Shown in pieces: positions 19,274 through 29,175 of a stretch of 64,000 nucleotides of DNA. The position numbers were made by a program, and so were the translations under genes. This DNA comes from Alteromonas naphthalenivorans. GTDB lineage: Bacteria; Babelota; Babeliae; Babelales; CAIQNR01. Position 1 is the first letter of the stretch, and every line of letters starts with the position of its first letter. The notes beneath the pieces are model-generated. The model saw nothing but the letters and a program-made list of their open reading frames with translations. It had not been told where the DNA came from and ran no database searches. The DNA lies in contig JBLICC010000001.1 in the NCBI GenBank assembly GCA_047631715.1, positions 32,149 to 96,148 on the forward strand, written 5' to 3'.

Positions 19274-20791
19274 TTAATAGGGGGTAATACTTATATTTTT
19301 AATAGTTGGTAGCGTTATACTTGCAAGGTCTACTATGTCTGTGTCTGCTATTACATTTGCTGTACTGTAACTCAATGAATAATTATTTTGTGGTTGTGTT
19401 CCAATTGTATCTCTGTTGTTGAATGCAAAATTATATGCTAAAAGATTGATAGCGCTTGCTGTTGAATCTCTTATTCCTATACCTTTGTTTTTAGCATTAC
19501 TGATGTTATTAGATACATTTGAATGTTCAATATAGATATTTGTAGTGGTGGATACCAGTTCTATACCAATTCCAAATCCGTTAGTATTCCCATCATTTGA
19601 GAAAGAAGAGCAATTTGTAATAGTGGAAGTTCGTGTATCGTTACCTAGAATAAATCCTGCTGCAATGGAGCTTGGATTAGTACTTGCCAGTTGACCAAAA
19701 GTATTACAGTTTTTAAAAATACATCCCTTTGTAGCCCCTTTGGGAGTGCTCGTATCTCTCACTGTTCTAAATCCGGCAGCCTCCATTCCAAGGGTAGCAT
19801 TGGAAACAGATTGTCCACTTGCAGTGCATGCTATAAATTGATTGTTAAAACAGGATTCTTGTAAAAATCCTGCAGCTGTAACACCCGAACTATTATTTGA
19901 TGCTTTGCAATTTTCAACAATACTATTATTAGTATCATTAAAATAAAATCCTGCACCAGTTCCGGTTGTAACGCTTGATGCTGCATAGGTTGGCGAAGAA
20001 GCGTTTCCATTAGATATACAATTTTGTATTTGTGTAGTTGTACATGTTATGAGGTAAAATCCAGCTCCAATGAGATCGCCTTCGCAAAGAGAAGCACTTG
20101 AATTTTGAATAATTGGGTATTTGCAGTTATCAATGTAATAACCAACTCCCTGAAATGTTTTACCAATATTGCGTACGCTATCGGTATGGCAATGTGAAAT
20201 TGTTAAATGGTTGGTATAATTGGCGTAAATTCCATAAGCATTTTGTGTTTGAGGAACCGTAGAGAATGTTAAACAGTTGTCTATAACACAATGTGCAATT
20301 TCGTTTGGATCTACAGCACCGGCAAGGGTAATACCACCGGTAGTGGCAACGTTGTTGATGTTGCATGAGTTACATTCAACATTACTGATTTTAATATTAT
20401 GAACGTTTTGATTAACTAAAATTCCGGATTTACCTACGCTGTAGATAGTTCCGTTTTTTATTTAGATATTATTCATATATTTAGCAAATTAAATGCCGTT
20501 CATACTGGAGTAAGTTTTACCTGTAATAGTATAGCCATTGAGGTCTACAGTAACGTTATTTGAATTAATGAGAATTGTTCGAGTTGTTGAGACAGACGTG
20601 ATGTCTTCGGTTAATACGTATATTCCAGGGCTAGTAATATTGAAGGTTTTCGCTAAAGTTTGTGCTCCAACTGCCATAAAATTACTTTTACTCACATAGG
20701 TAACAAGTTTTGATGATCCATATGATGCTGTTTGAGAAGTAAAGATGCAACTGAGGGTTAGAATTATAAATATATCTTTAAATTTGTTCAT
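19274..20791 (-). pseudogene. Right-handed beta-helix protein interrupted by two in-frame TAA codons (pseudogene or assembly error)
   Basis: Manual translation shows one frame from ATG 20791 to stop 19274 (506 codons), broken only by TAA at 20489-20491 and 20462-20464. The paralog 22224-23723 has GAA at both positions. Confidence 0.85.
20226..20728. repeat. ~500-bp near-identical direct repeat, copy 1 (copy 2 at 23161-23663)
   Basis: Base-by-base comparison. The repeat encodes the shared N-terminal mature region of two beta-helix paralogs. Confidence 0.9.
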
Positions 20792-20817
20792 TATATTTTT
20801 TCTCTCTATGGTGACTA

Positions 20818-22197
20818 TTAAGTTGTAACATCGATATTTCCACGGTTATCTTTTAAACTAGAGCGGGAAGATTTAAAGTTAATCTGTTGTATAGAGTTCA
20901 GAGTTGAATGAGTGACGCCGTAATTTATAGCATTTCCAAAAGCTATGTTTGAAGCTAGAAAGCTTAATGAATTTTCTTCTTCTTGAATTCCCCAACTTCC
21001 TGCTGTTCCATGATTATAATACAGTTTATTTTCTTCGATAATGCATCTTGAGGTATTTATTAGATGAATGCCATATCCTTTTCCTGTTCCACCGTTATTA
21101 TAATTACAGGTGGAATGATCTACGATTACTCCGTAAGTATTAGAAAGTATAATTCCACAGCCTTTTGAGGTAGTTAACGAACCTCCGGTGTTGCCAAAAG
21201 AAGTTATGCGGGTAAAGCAATTACTGGTTCCTGTTGTAATACATATCCCAGATGCATTGCCTGTGGTGAGCACTTTTTGACACGAGGTTGTGCAATCAAA
21301 TACTTGGTTATAACTTGCATTGGAATGAAAATAAATGCCACGAGAATTGGTGGCTGCCGTGTTATAGAATGATGTACTGTTTTTAAAGGTATTTCCTTGT
21401 CCTCCTGAGCATTCTATGCCCGCCGCTCCCCCCACACTTGATGAGTTTCCATTTGTTTCTATGTTATCAACTTCAAATGCAATACAGTTGTTGAGGTGTA
21501 AGCCTGAAACGGTGTCTCCGGAATTGTTATTTATGGCACAATTATTGATAGAGCAATCTATGCAGTTGGTAGCCGTTATACCAAAAGCGTTATAGCCTGT
21601 TGGTGCACGAACTCCAATAAATGAACAATTGTGTACGGTAATGTTTTTATTAGAAGTTAAAGATAATCCAAAGTTGTTTTTTTTATTTGTTAAACTTTTA
21701 CCAGCAAAGCAATTATTAATAAACATGGTGTCTGTACCGGTTTGCACTTCAATACCGCCGCTGCGTGCTTGTGCAATAGTAAGATTATTAAGTGTAATAT
21801 TAAAGCAGTTCTGGCCCATTATAATTGCTGTTCCGGTGATGTTATTAATATTACCGTTTTTAATGGTTATGTTAGAAAGTCCATCGGCAATATTAATACC
21901 AGTTATATTCTTGTTAGAAGAGCCCGCATTTTTTTGTGAGAGGGTAAAATTTTGTAAATTGATCGTTACATTATTGGAAGTAATATTAATGATTGTACCG
22001 GATGTAATAAAATCTACATTTGTTCCACTACTAAAATGATAGTTGCCAGGTTCATTAAGTAACACTGGTTTAAAAGATTGAGGAGCGATAAGCGCATATT
22101 TTAAAGGATTCGAATATATGATTTGGACTCCACGTGTTTGTCCGTAGCAAGGTGTTAATGTAATGATTATATATATAATAAAATTATATTTTAACAC
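20818..22197 (-). CDS. Secreted right-handed parallel beta-helix protein
   Basis: Signal peptide, EPGNY, INITSNNVTINL, repeated GIxIxxxxNxxIxNC coils; ends NIDVTT. Confidence 0.8.
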   Translation of the reverse strand: MLKYNFIIYIIITLTPCYGQTRGVQIIYSNPLKYALIAPQSFKPVLLNEPGNYHFSSGTNVDFITSGTIINITSNNVTINLQNFTLSQKNAGSSNKNITGINIADGLSNITIKNGNINNITGTAIIMGQNCFNITLNNLTIAQARSGGIEVQTGTDTMFINNCFAGKSLTNKKNNFGLSLTSNKNITVHNCSFIGVRAPTGYNAFGITATNCIDCSINNCAINNNSGDTVSGLHLNNCIAFEVDNIETNGNSSSVGGAAGIECSGGQGNTFKNSTSFYNTAATNSRGIYFHSNASYNQVFDCTTSCQKVLTTGNASGICITTGTSNCFTRITSFGNTGGSLTTSKGCGIILSNTYGVIVDHSTCNYNNGGTGKGYGIHLINTSRCIIEENKLYYNHGTAGSWGIQEEENSLSFLASNIAFGNAINYGVTHSTLNSIQQINFKSSRSSLKDNRGNIDVTT

Positions 22198-22223
22198 CTT
22201 ATATTTCCTATATTTTAACCTTA

Positions 22224-23723
22224 TTATACATGAGCACTAGCAGCTATAAAGTTCCATCCTTTTGTATTTGATTGTGTACTATCATAAGTATCTAGATCTG
22301 TGCCATACGTAGGAACGGTATATTTGTTTGATGATAGTTCGGTACCTACTGGAGTTGTATTTGTATTGATATTACCAGCACATGTGTTTTCGAAGAAAAA
22401 AGTGTATGTATTAGCAATAACTTCATCTTCATGAATACCGAAAACTGAGCTAGTGCTGCCTGCAGTGTTAGAAAAACAATTATTCCCTTTAATAACGCAC
22501 CGTAAAAGAGATGCTCCTGATAGATAAATGCCATATGCTGATCCGCTCATTCCATTATTACCAAAAGAAAGAGAGTCTTCGATTATACAGAATCGAGTGT
22601 CGCTTCCAAGTAAAAATCCCGCAGAGTTGGTTATAGAGCCAAGTGCTGTTTGGCCCATTGCAGTACAATTTTTAAATATACATGCAATGGTAGCACCTTT
22701 GCTTGCTGCTCGAGTAGTTTCAAATCCAGTAGCATTGCCTGTTGCAGATGTGGTACGTGTTTGGTTGCCATTTGCAGTACAGTGTAAGAATCTATTATTA
22801 ACACATGAACTTACATAGAAACCAGATACGCTACCATTGCCACCATTGTTAATACTTTGGCAATTATCAATGAGACTGTTGTTGGTATCTTCAAAGTAAT
22901 ATCCATATCCTGCTCCTAGTACTACATCTGCAGCATTTGTTCCAGATGATTCGCAGTTGATTAATTGCGCACTTGTGCAGGTTAAAAGATAAAAGCCAGC
23001 TGCTGTTGTATCACCTTCAGATAGATAAGCAGAGGTATTTGTAATAATTGGATATTCGCTGCTTTTGATATAAATACCATAGCTACTAAATGTATTTCCA
23101 ATATTTCGAACATTTTCTGCACGGCAGTTGTTAATGGTTAAATATTTTGCTTCGTTAGCATAAATTCCATAAGCATTTTGTGTTTGAGGAACCGTAGAGA
23201 ATGTTAAACAGTTGTCTATAACACAATGTGCAATTTCGTTTGGAGTTACAGCTCCGATAAGGGTAATGCCACCGGTAGTGGCAACGTTGTTGATGTTACA
23301 TGAGTTACATTCAACATTACTAATTTTAATATTATGAACGTTCTGATTAACTAAAATTCCGGACTTTCCTACGCTATAGATAGTTCCGTTTTTTATTTCG
23401 ATATTGTTCATATCTTGAGCAACTTCAATGCCGTTCATACTGGAGTCAGTTTTACCTGTAATAGTATAGCCATTGAGGTCTACAGTAACGTTATTTGAAT
23501 TAATGAGAATTGTTCGAGTTGTTGATACAGACGTGATGTCTTCGGTTAATACGTATATTCCAGGGCTAGTAATATTGAAGGTTTTCGCTAAAGTTTGTGC
23601 TCCAACTGTCATAAAATTACTTTTACTTACATAGGTAACAAGTTTTGATGATCCATACGATGCAGCTTGCGAAATATTCATAAAGCTTAAAGCCGCAATG
23701 ATAAATAATATTTTTTTATTCAT
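22224..23723 (-). CDS. Secreted right-handed parallel beta-helix protein
   Basis: Signal peptide, FNITSPGIYVLTEDI, INSNNVTVDLNGYTI, PbH1-like repeats. Confidence 0.82.
   Translation of the reverse strand: MNKKILFIIAALSFMNISQAASYGSSKLVTYVSKSNFMTVGAQTLAKTFNITSPGIYVLTEDITSVSTTRTILINSNNVTVDLNGYTITGKTDSSMNGIEVAQDMNNIEIKNGTIYSVGKSGILVNQNVHNIKISNVECNSCNINNVATTGGITLIGAVTPNEIAHCVIDNCLTFSTVPQTQNAYGIYANEAKYLTINNCRAENVRNIGNTFSSYGIYIKSSEYPIITNTSAYLSEGDTTAAGFYLLTCTSAQLINCESSGTNAADVVLGAGYGYYFEDTNNSLIDNCQSINNGGNGSVSGFYVSSCVNNRFLHCTANGNQTRTTSATGNATGFETTRAASKGATIACIFKNCTAMGQTALGSITNSAGFLLGSDTRFCIIEDSLSFGNNGMSGSAYGIYLSGASLLRCVIKGNNCFSNTAGSTSSVFGIHEDEVIANTYTFFFENTCAGNINTNTTPVGTELSSNKYTVPTYGTDLDTYDSTQSNTKGWNFIAASAHV
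23161..23663. repeat. ~500-bp near-identical direct repeat, copy 2
   Basis: Matches 20226-20728. Confidence 0.9.
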
Positions 23724-26051
23724 TTATAACTCTTTTATTTTAATAGTTTTACGCGGTTTATAAGCTTTTTGCATATTCTTAAAGAACAGTGAATCAAAGC
23801 TGTAGGTAATGCCTACTGTTGCAAAAAGGGCAATATCTTTACCAAGGGTAATATTAAATTGTTCTGGGATAGTAAAAATTGCGGTTTGATTTGCTACGAT
23901 AAGATTTTTTTGTTGTTCGTAGGAAATATATTTACCTTCTGCTGTGTTGTAATATTTTCCTGGTACAAAGATGGCGAATGTTCCAGAAATATCAAGATCG
24001 TGAGTAATTTTGTGATGAGCTGAAGCATTGAATTCAATACCTAAGTAAGGATCTAAATTCTTTTTAGCATCTGTTTGACGTGCTGCTGAATAGTCTAAGG
24101 CAATAAATTCTGTGTAAGGCATGCTGGTATCTTTGGTTGTTTGAGCTTTTTGTGAGTACAGAATGAAGTTAAAGTCTGTGAAGAATTCTTTGTGTTTATA
24201 GACGCTGTGATGCTTAAGTCCCCAACCTACAAAGAGCAAATTGGTTAATTGTGGGGTGGTAAGGTTTGGGCATGAAACTAGAGGGCAATTAAGTTTTTGT
24301 ACTTCATGAATAAAGCAGGGGTTAATACTTTTGCTTTTAAACATTTCGTGCGTTCCTGTAAAACCTTTGTATTTTTTATCGGTATCTTTATAGGTAAATG
24401 CGGTACCAGAACTGTCTGCTGCAAATCGACGCGTTGCCAAAATATAATCGTCAGAATCATTAGGACTATTATCACCAGATAAAATACCGAGAGAGGATCC
24501 CGCACGCCATTTTTTAAATTGATAACCAATGTCACCCATAACAAACCAACCACGATAGGTATTTTTGTATGCGTTTCTAAAACGAGAGTTCGAGTTTTTA
24601 TAAAAAAGTGGATCAGGAGTCATACCCGTAGCAGGGTTAATAGGGAAAATTTCTCCGTTAGCGAATCTTCTAGAATAATCGGTTGCAGGTGTTGCATCTG
24701 GTGTATATACCGATGCCGATGTTGGACTGTTGGGAATACCAAGAGCATGAGTATAGAGACTTTCTTTAGCTGTTTCAGAAGCTATAGCAAGAGTAGCAGG
24801 ATAAGTAGCAACTGGCACAAGATCGGGGTTAATAAAGAGTAAGTGAGTATTCCATGTTACAGCGGAAAAAATTAATTCGTTTCGATCCCATGCTTTTACT
24901 TTTTGATGACCTAAGTTTTGTGCACCTTCAATGCTTATGCTTAAGGGGCCGTTGTCCCATTCAAAACATCCACCAAAAGTATAAAGACGGCTGTAGGAAT
25001 CTTCTTTAAATTCAACGTGTTGAGTATTATCATAATTTAATACAAAATATGGATTTATAATACATTGTGTATCGGGATTTTTAAATTTAGGACGTGCTTT
25101 AATTTGTGCTGCAACAATATAACTATGTTTATCAATGCCGCGGGATGCATTTAAAATTTGTTCTGTATTTTGTGCAGCAGCATGTTCGGCTGTATTTTGA
25201 AAAGTACTATTGTAATTGGTGCCAAATCCAAGATAGAGATCCCAGAGGGCTTGATCATTACAAAAAGTACTACTTGCAAGTATGCCGGGTCTAAATTGGT
25301 CAATATCGTTGAGTGTATAACGTCCGGGAAGAGGTTGGCCTACTAATTCTGTGTGTCCATTTCCAAGCGCAATGCCGTGACCAATAGAGTAAGGGAATAG
25401 TCCTGTTGAGATAAAGCTTTTTTGGTCTTGGTCAAAGTAGTATTTTAACCAAAGTTCTCGCGCCCATAAACTAAAACGATTAATGTTGGTACTTGTTTTA
25501 TATTCGGTGAAGGCCCACCCTAATTTGGTACGTTTTGGTTCTGTTTGCATATAACGACCAGAGTCTCCGGCAACACCTTTCATACGAGCCATTACTTTGA
25601 ATTCAATCGTTTCATTTTCTAAATGATGGGTATGCGGATGAATATAAAGGCCAGTATCAAAAGTGTATTGCATAAATGAATAGGCATCAGATTGATTTGA
25701 ACCATTTAACAATTCAAGATTTGCACCATAGTAATAAGTGCTATCGAATTGTGCCATAAAGGTATAGGGTTCATCGGTTTCTTTGAGTCCTTCGCGCCAG
25801 ATAGATTCTTGGTTTTCTAAATATTGTTTTTTATCAACTTCTTTTGCGAGAGAAAGTTTGTCTTTGTAGTCTTGTTTATCTTTTTTGTGAGCTTGGTAAT
25901 AATCTTTATGCTGTTGCATAATAATATCCGAAGCTTTTTTCTCTTCGTCAGTTGCATGAATGCGTCGCCAATAACCTTTAGGAGCTGTAGATGCTCCGTA
26001 TACAGGAAAGAGGAAACTTGTAAGGAGCAATACTATTAATGAATGTTTCAT
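23724..26051 (-). CDS. Putative outer-membrane beta-barrel (alginate-export/AlgE-like)
   Basis: Signal peptide and aromatic-rich alternating strands. Motifs RELWLKY, LSGDNSP, YLGIEFN...FVPGKYY and terminal strand VGITYSF. Confidence 0.6.
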   Translation of the reverse strand: MKHSLIVLLLTSFLFPVYGASTAPKGYWRRIHATDEEKKASDIIMQQHKDYYQAHKKDKQDYKDKLSLAKEVDKKQYLENQESIWREGLKETDEPYTFMAQFDSTYYYGANLELLNGSNQSDAYSFMQYTFDTGLYIHPHTHHLENETIEFKVMARMKGVAGDSGRYMQTEPKRTKLGWAFTEYKTSTNINRFSLWARELWLKYYFDQDQKSFISTGLFPYSIGHGIALGNGHTELVGQPLPGRYTLNDIDQFRPGILASSTFCNDQALWDLYLGFGTNYNSTFQNTAEHAAAQNTEQILNASRGIDKHSYIVAAQIKARPKFKNPDTQCIINPYFVLNYDNTQHVEFKEDSYSRLYTFGGCFEWDNGPLSISIEGAQNLGHQKVKAWDRNELIFSAVTWNTHLLFINPDLVPVATYPATLAIASETAKESLYTHALGIPNSPTSASVYTPDATPATDYSRRFANGEIFPINPATGMTPDPLFYKNSNSRFRNAYKNTYRGWFVMGDIGYQFKKWRAGSSLGILSGDNSPNDSDDYILATRRFAADSSGTAFTYKDTDKKYKGFTGTHEMFKSKSINPCFIHEVQKLNCPLVSCPNLTTPQLTNLLFVGWGLKHHSVYKHKEFFTDFNFILYSQKAQTTKDTSMPYTEFIALDYSAARQTDAKKNLDPYLGIEFNASAHHKITHDLDISGTFAIFVPGKYYNTAEGKYISYEQQKNLIVANQTAIFTIPEQFNITLGKDIALFATVGITYSFDSLFFKNMQKAYKPRKTIKIKEL

Positions 26052-26072
26052 ACTCGGTACCTCTTTCTTAGA

Positions 26073-29000
26073 TTATTCTATATCTATGTTGTACAGATTC
26101 GGTAAGTTTGCAAATTCTATTATTGAGTCCATGGTTCCCGTTGTTACCGGCCAGTTTGCCTTAGTGGTTCCTCCAATAGGAAGATCCATATAATAATTTG
26201 TAGTTACAACAGGAGAGGCTGCATCTTTATTGCCGTAAGCTGTGCAATTGATAATGATATTATCGGTATCAGTAGATGCATCGTAAATTCCATAAGCTGT
26301 TGTTCCTGAGGATGCAGTTGTACAGTTTGCACTTGATTGGCAGCCATCTATTAAGCAATATTGGGTACTTGCATCAAGATAAATACCTGTTGCATTGCCT
26401 GTATGACTTGTTGTTCTTCCATTACCTCGTGCAATACAATTTTTTAAAGATGACTGTTTTTCACTTTCTAGAGCAAATCCAAATGCTCCTTTACCACTAT
26501 CACTTGTGCCACTTGTTCCAATGGCCGCGTTTCCATTTGCAGAGCAATTAAACCATTGATTACTTTCGCCACTTGTAGAATAAAAACCATAAGCTACAGA
26601 AGTAGTACCATTAGTAGTTGTGTTATTTCTGAGTGCATTACAAGTTTCAAAATTATTACCAATGGAAGCGCTTGTAAGTCTAAATCCGTAAGATGTAACT
26701 GCTCCAGTATTTGCATTTGCTATGCAATCTTTAAAGAGGCACCCTGTTGCAGCGCTAAGATAGAAGCCAACTGCACCTTCTGCTGTAGTTGCGCTAGTAC
26801 CAGAGTTTCTGAGTGCTCTACAGTTGTCAAAGAAGCCACCACCAACTGAACTTAAGAAGAATCCATAGGCTTGATCTCCAGTGTGCCCACTCGACTCAAC
26901 ATTTATGCAGGTAACATCATTACAGCTTATAAACCATACACCGGCATGATCACTACCACTGGTTGTTTCATTACAGTTGGCAACTTTGCAATCTTGCACA
27001 AGTATGCTGCTTCCACCAGAAAATTTAATTCCGTAGTTACTTGCTGCGGCTAAAAAGTTAGAAAGATTAGAATTGAGAATTGTAATGTTATTTGCGCCAG
27101 CAGCAACTAAGATTCCTGCAAGGCCTTTTTCTATAGAAAGGTTATCCATAGTAATGAGATAAGAATTTGCGCCAATATCTATGCCTTCGCCCAAATTGTT
27201 TCTACTGGATATTGCGCCTTTTTGCATGGTTACGTTATGTGCTCGTGCTCCAAAAACAATGCCGTCGGTTATGTGAGCAGAAATATTAAAGTCAGAAATA
27301 AATACTCGACTACAATCTGCGCCAAAATTCATACCGTTTGTTGTGCATGAGGTAAAATTACAATCTTGAATATCAATACCGTGTGAGCTTAATCCAACGT
27401 TAATACCATTTGCTCCTGGATAACCGAGGTTACAATTGAGAATGGCAACATTGTGAGAGAGGCTTCCGGTAAGAATGGCATCACTTGTTGAATTAGTGAT
27501 TGCTACATTGTCGATAAGTGCTGTATGCGAATCGTAAATAATATTAATGCCTTTGTTTCCAGCGCTAGAAATGGTTCCATTAATCATGGTAACGCCTGTG
27601 CAGCTTGCAGCAAAATCGATACCAGAAGTTGTAGGTTCGGATATGGTGAAATCTCTAATAAGAATGTCTTTTACAATTCCTGTTGCATTAATGCCGTTTC
27701 CGTCTGCATTGCCGATCGTAATATCTTTCATGGTCATGCCGTGGGTACGGTTGGTCATTTTAATGCCGTCACTACCCGCGCCATTAATTTTAATATGTTC
27801 TAGGTTTATGCCTTTTGGTCTACTATTAAAAGTGATTCCAGTAAGCCCAGAATTGTTAATGGTAATGTTGTTAAAGTTAAAGCCATGCTTATTTGCAAAA
27901 CCAAGAGCAGCAGAACCAGCAACGCCAACAACAATGCCATCTCTGCTTGCGCTAGAAACGATAACGTTGTTCATATTAATATCTTCTGATGCATTAAAGT
28001 CTATACCACGACCGCTTGATACATTGGTTATAGCTACATCCTTAATTTCGATACCGTATGATGTTCCGGTGAACGAAAGGCCATTCGAGCTTGATACGCC
28101 CCCTTGAATATTAGAAATACTACCGTTGTTTAAAAGAATGCCGTATGCGCCGGTTCCAAATTTAATGCCGCCATCGAGTGGGGCTACAGTTGTAACGTTA
28201 CTAATTGAAAAATTTTCAAAAACAATGTCGTAAGATAAATCGCCAACTTCAACTCCGCTTCCTGCAGCTACGTTTGAAATAGTAATGTCTCTTAAAAGAA
28301 CATTGTAAGAATCACTTAAATCGATACCTTGACCTGTTACAGTAGCAATTTTAACGTCGTCAATAAGTACGTTGTGTGAAGCTTTAGTAACTCCAAAGTT
28401 AATTGCATCGGTAGTTGCTCCTGTTCCAATATCGGTAATTCTACCATTACTGATGGTAATACCGTAACTTGCAGTAGTAAATTCAATAGCATGCATGCCT
28501 GTTCCAGAAAGGCTGTCGATAGCAAAGGTATCGAGATAAAAGTTTTGTGCAACGCCAATAACTTCTATACCTTTACCGGTTGCTGTTCCATTACCGACAA
28601 TAATAATGTTTTTTAAAGAAGTGTTAAATGATGTTCCTGCAAATTGAATAGCATCACCAACAGAATCATTAATTGTTATGTTTTCAATAGTGAGTCCAAC
28701 CATGGCAGCTGGAATCGAAATACCTATGCCTATGTGGTCTCGAATGGTACCGTTTTTAATAGTCACGTTATTGGTAGAAGAAATTACAATACCTGTTCCT
28801 AACCCTCCACCATCAAGTGTTTGACCACCAAGATCAAGTACCACATCGTCTGCGCTGATAGTTATCATGGCAGTAGTTGCAGAGGCGAGTGTTATGGTAT
28901 CGATTAATAGATAGGTGCCGGGGGTGCTTATTGTAAGAGCGGTTGCTGCTCCGGTATCAAAACTACCAACAGAGAGCGGGATGGGATCGGATGAATAAGA

Positions 29001-29141
29001 TGATGATGATCCGCCGGAGGATGATCCACCGGAGGAGGATATTCCTGTACCAACGGGAACCTGTGCGCCGCTTGTTCCAACACCGTGTGCAAATCGTCCT
29101 GTGAGTAGGGTGGCTAGCAGCAAGATAACGTACCGTTTCAT
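26073..29141 (-). CDS. Large secreted right-handed beta-helix protein (1022 aa)
   Basis: Signal peptide, Ser/Gly linker, TISTPGTYLL, DDVVLDLGGQTL, many GIxF..SxxIxIxN coils; ends YNIDIE. Confidence 0.85.
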   Translation of the reverse strand: MKRYVILLLATLLTGRFAHGVGTSGAQVPVGTGISSSGGSSSGGSSSSYSSDPIPLSVGSFDTGAATALTISTPGTYLLIDTITLASATTAMITISADDVVLDLGGQTLDGGGLGTGIVISSTNNVTIKNGTIRDHIGIGISIPAAMVGLTIENITINDSVGDAIQFAGTSFNTSLKNIIIVGNGTATGKGIEVIGVAQNFYLDTFAIDSLSGTGMHAIEFTTASYGITISNGRITDIGTGATTDAINFGVTKASHNVLIDDVKIATVTGQGIDLSDSYNVLLRDITISNVAAGSGVEVGDLSYDIVFENFSISNVTTVAPLDGGIKFGTGAYGILLNNGSISNIQGGVSSSNGLSFTGTSYGIEIKDVAITNVSSGRGIDFNASEDINMNNVIVSSASRDGIVVGVAGSAALGFANKHGFNFNNITINNSGLTGITFNSRPKGINLEHIKINGAGSDGIKMTNRTHGMTMKDITIGNADGNGINATGIVKDILIRDFTISEPTTSGIDFAASCTGVTMINGTISSAGNKGINIIYDSHTALIDNVAITNSTSDAILTGSLSHNVAILNCNLGYPGANGINVGLSSHGIDIQDCNFTSCTTNGMNFGADCSRVFISDFNISAHITDGIVFGARAHNVTMQKGAISSRNNLGEGIDIGANSYLITMDNLSIEKGLAGILVAAGANNITILNSNLSNFLAAASNYGIKFSGGSSILVQDCKVANCNETTSGSDHAGVWFISCNDVTCINVESSGHTGDQAYGFFLSSVGGGFFDNCRALRNSGTSATTAEGAVGFYLSAATGCLFKDCIANANTGAVTSYGFRLTSASIGNNFETCNALRNNTTTNGTTSVAYGFYSTSGESNQWFNCSANGNAAIGTSGTSDSGKGAFGFALESEKQSSLKNCIARGNGRTTSHTGNATGIYLDASTQYCLIDGCQSSANCTTASSGTTAYGIYDASTDTDNIIINCTAYGNKDAASPVVTTNYYMDLPIGGTTKANWPVTTGTMDSIIEFANLPNLYNIDIE

Positions 29142-29175
29142 TCATCTCTCCTTTTGTCTTATACTCTTTATTTAT

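Noticed and set aside
20462..20491. Stop-codon reassignment or programmed readthrough of TAA
   Set aside because: TAA terminates most genes in the window, and the two stops lie within a cluster of other G>T changes.
20226..23663. Diversity-generating retroelement (TR/VR pair)
   Set aside because: There is no reverse transcriptase in the window. Mismatches are not adenine-specific across the repeat, and the repeat is N-terminal and coding in both copies.
28990..29045. GGATGATCC/GGAGGA short repeats as a regulatory or phase-variable tract
   Set aside because: They encode an in-frame Ser/Gly linker (SSSGGSSSGGSSSS) of the 1022-aa protein.
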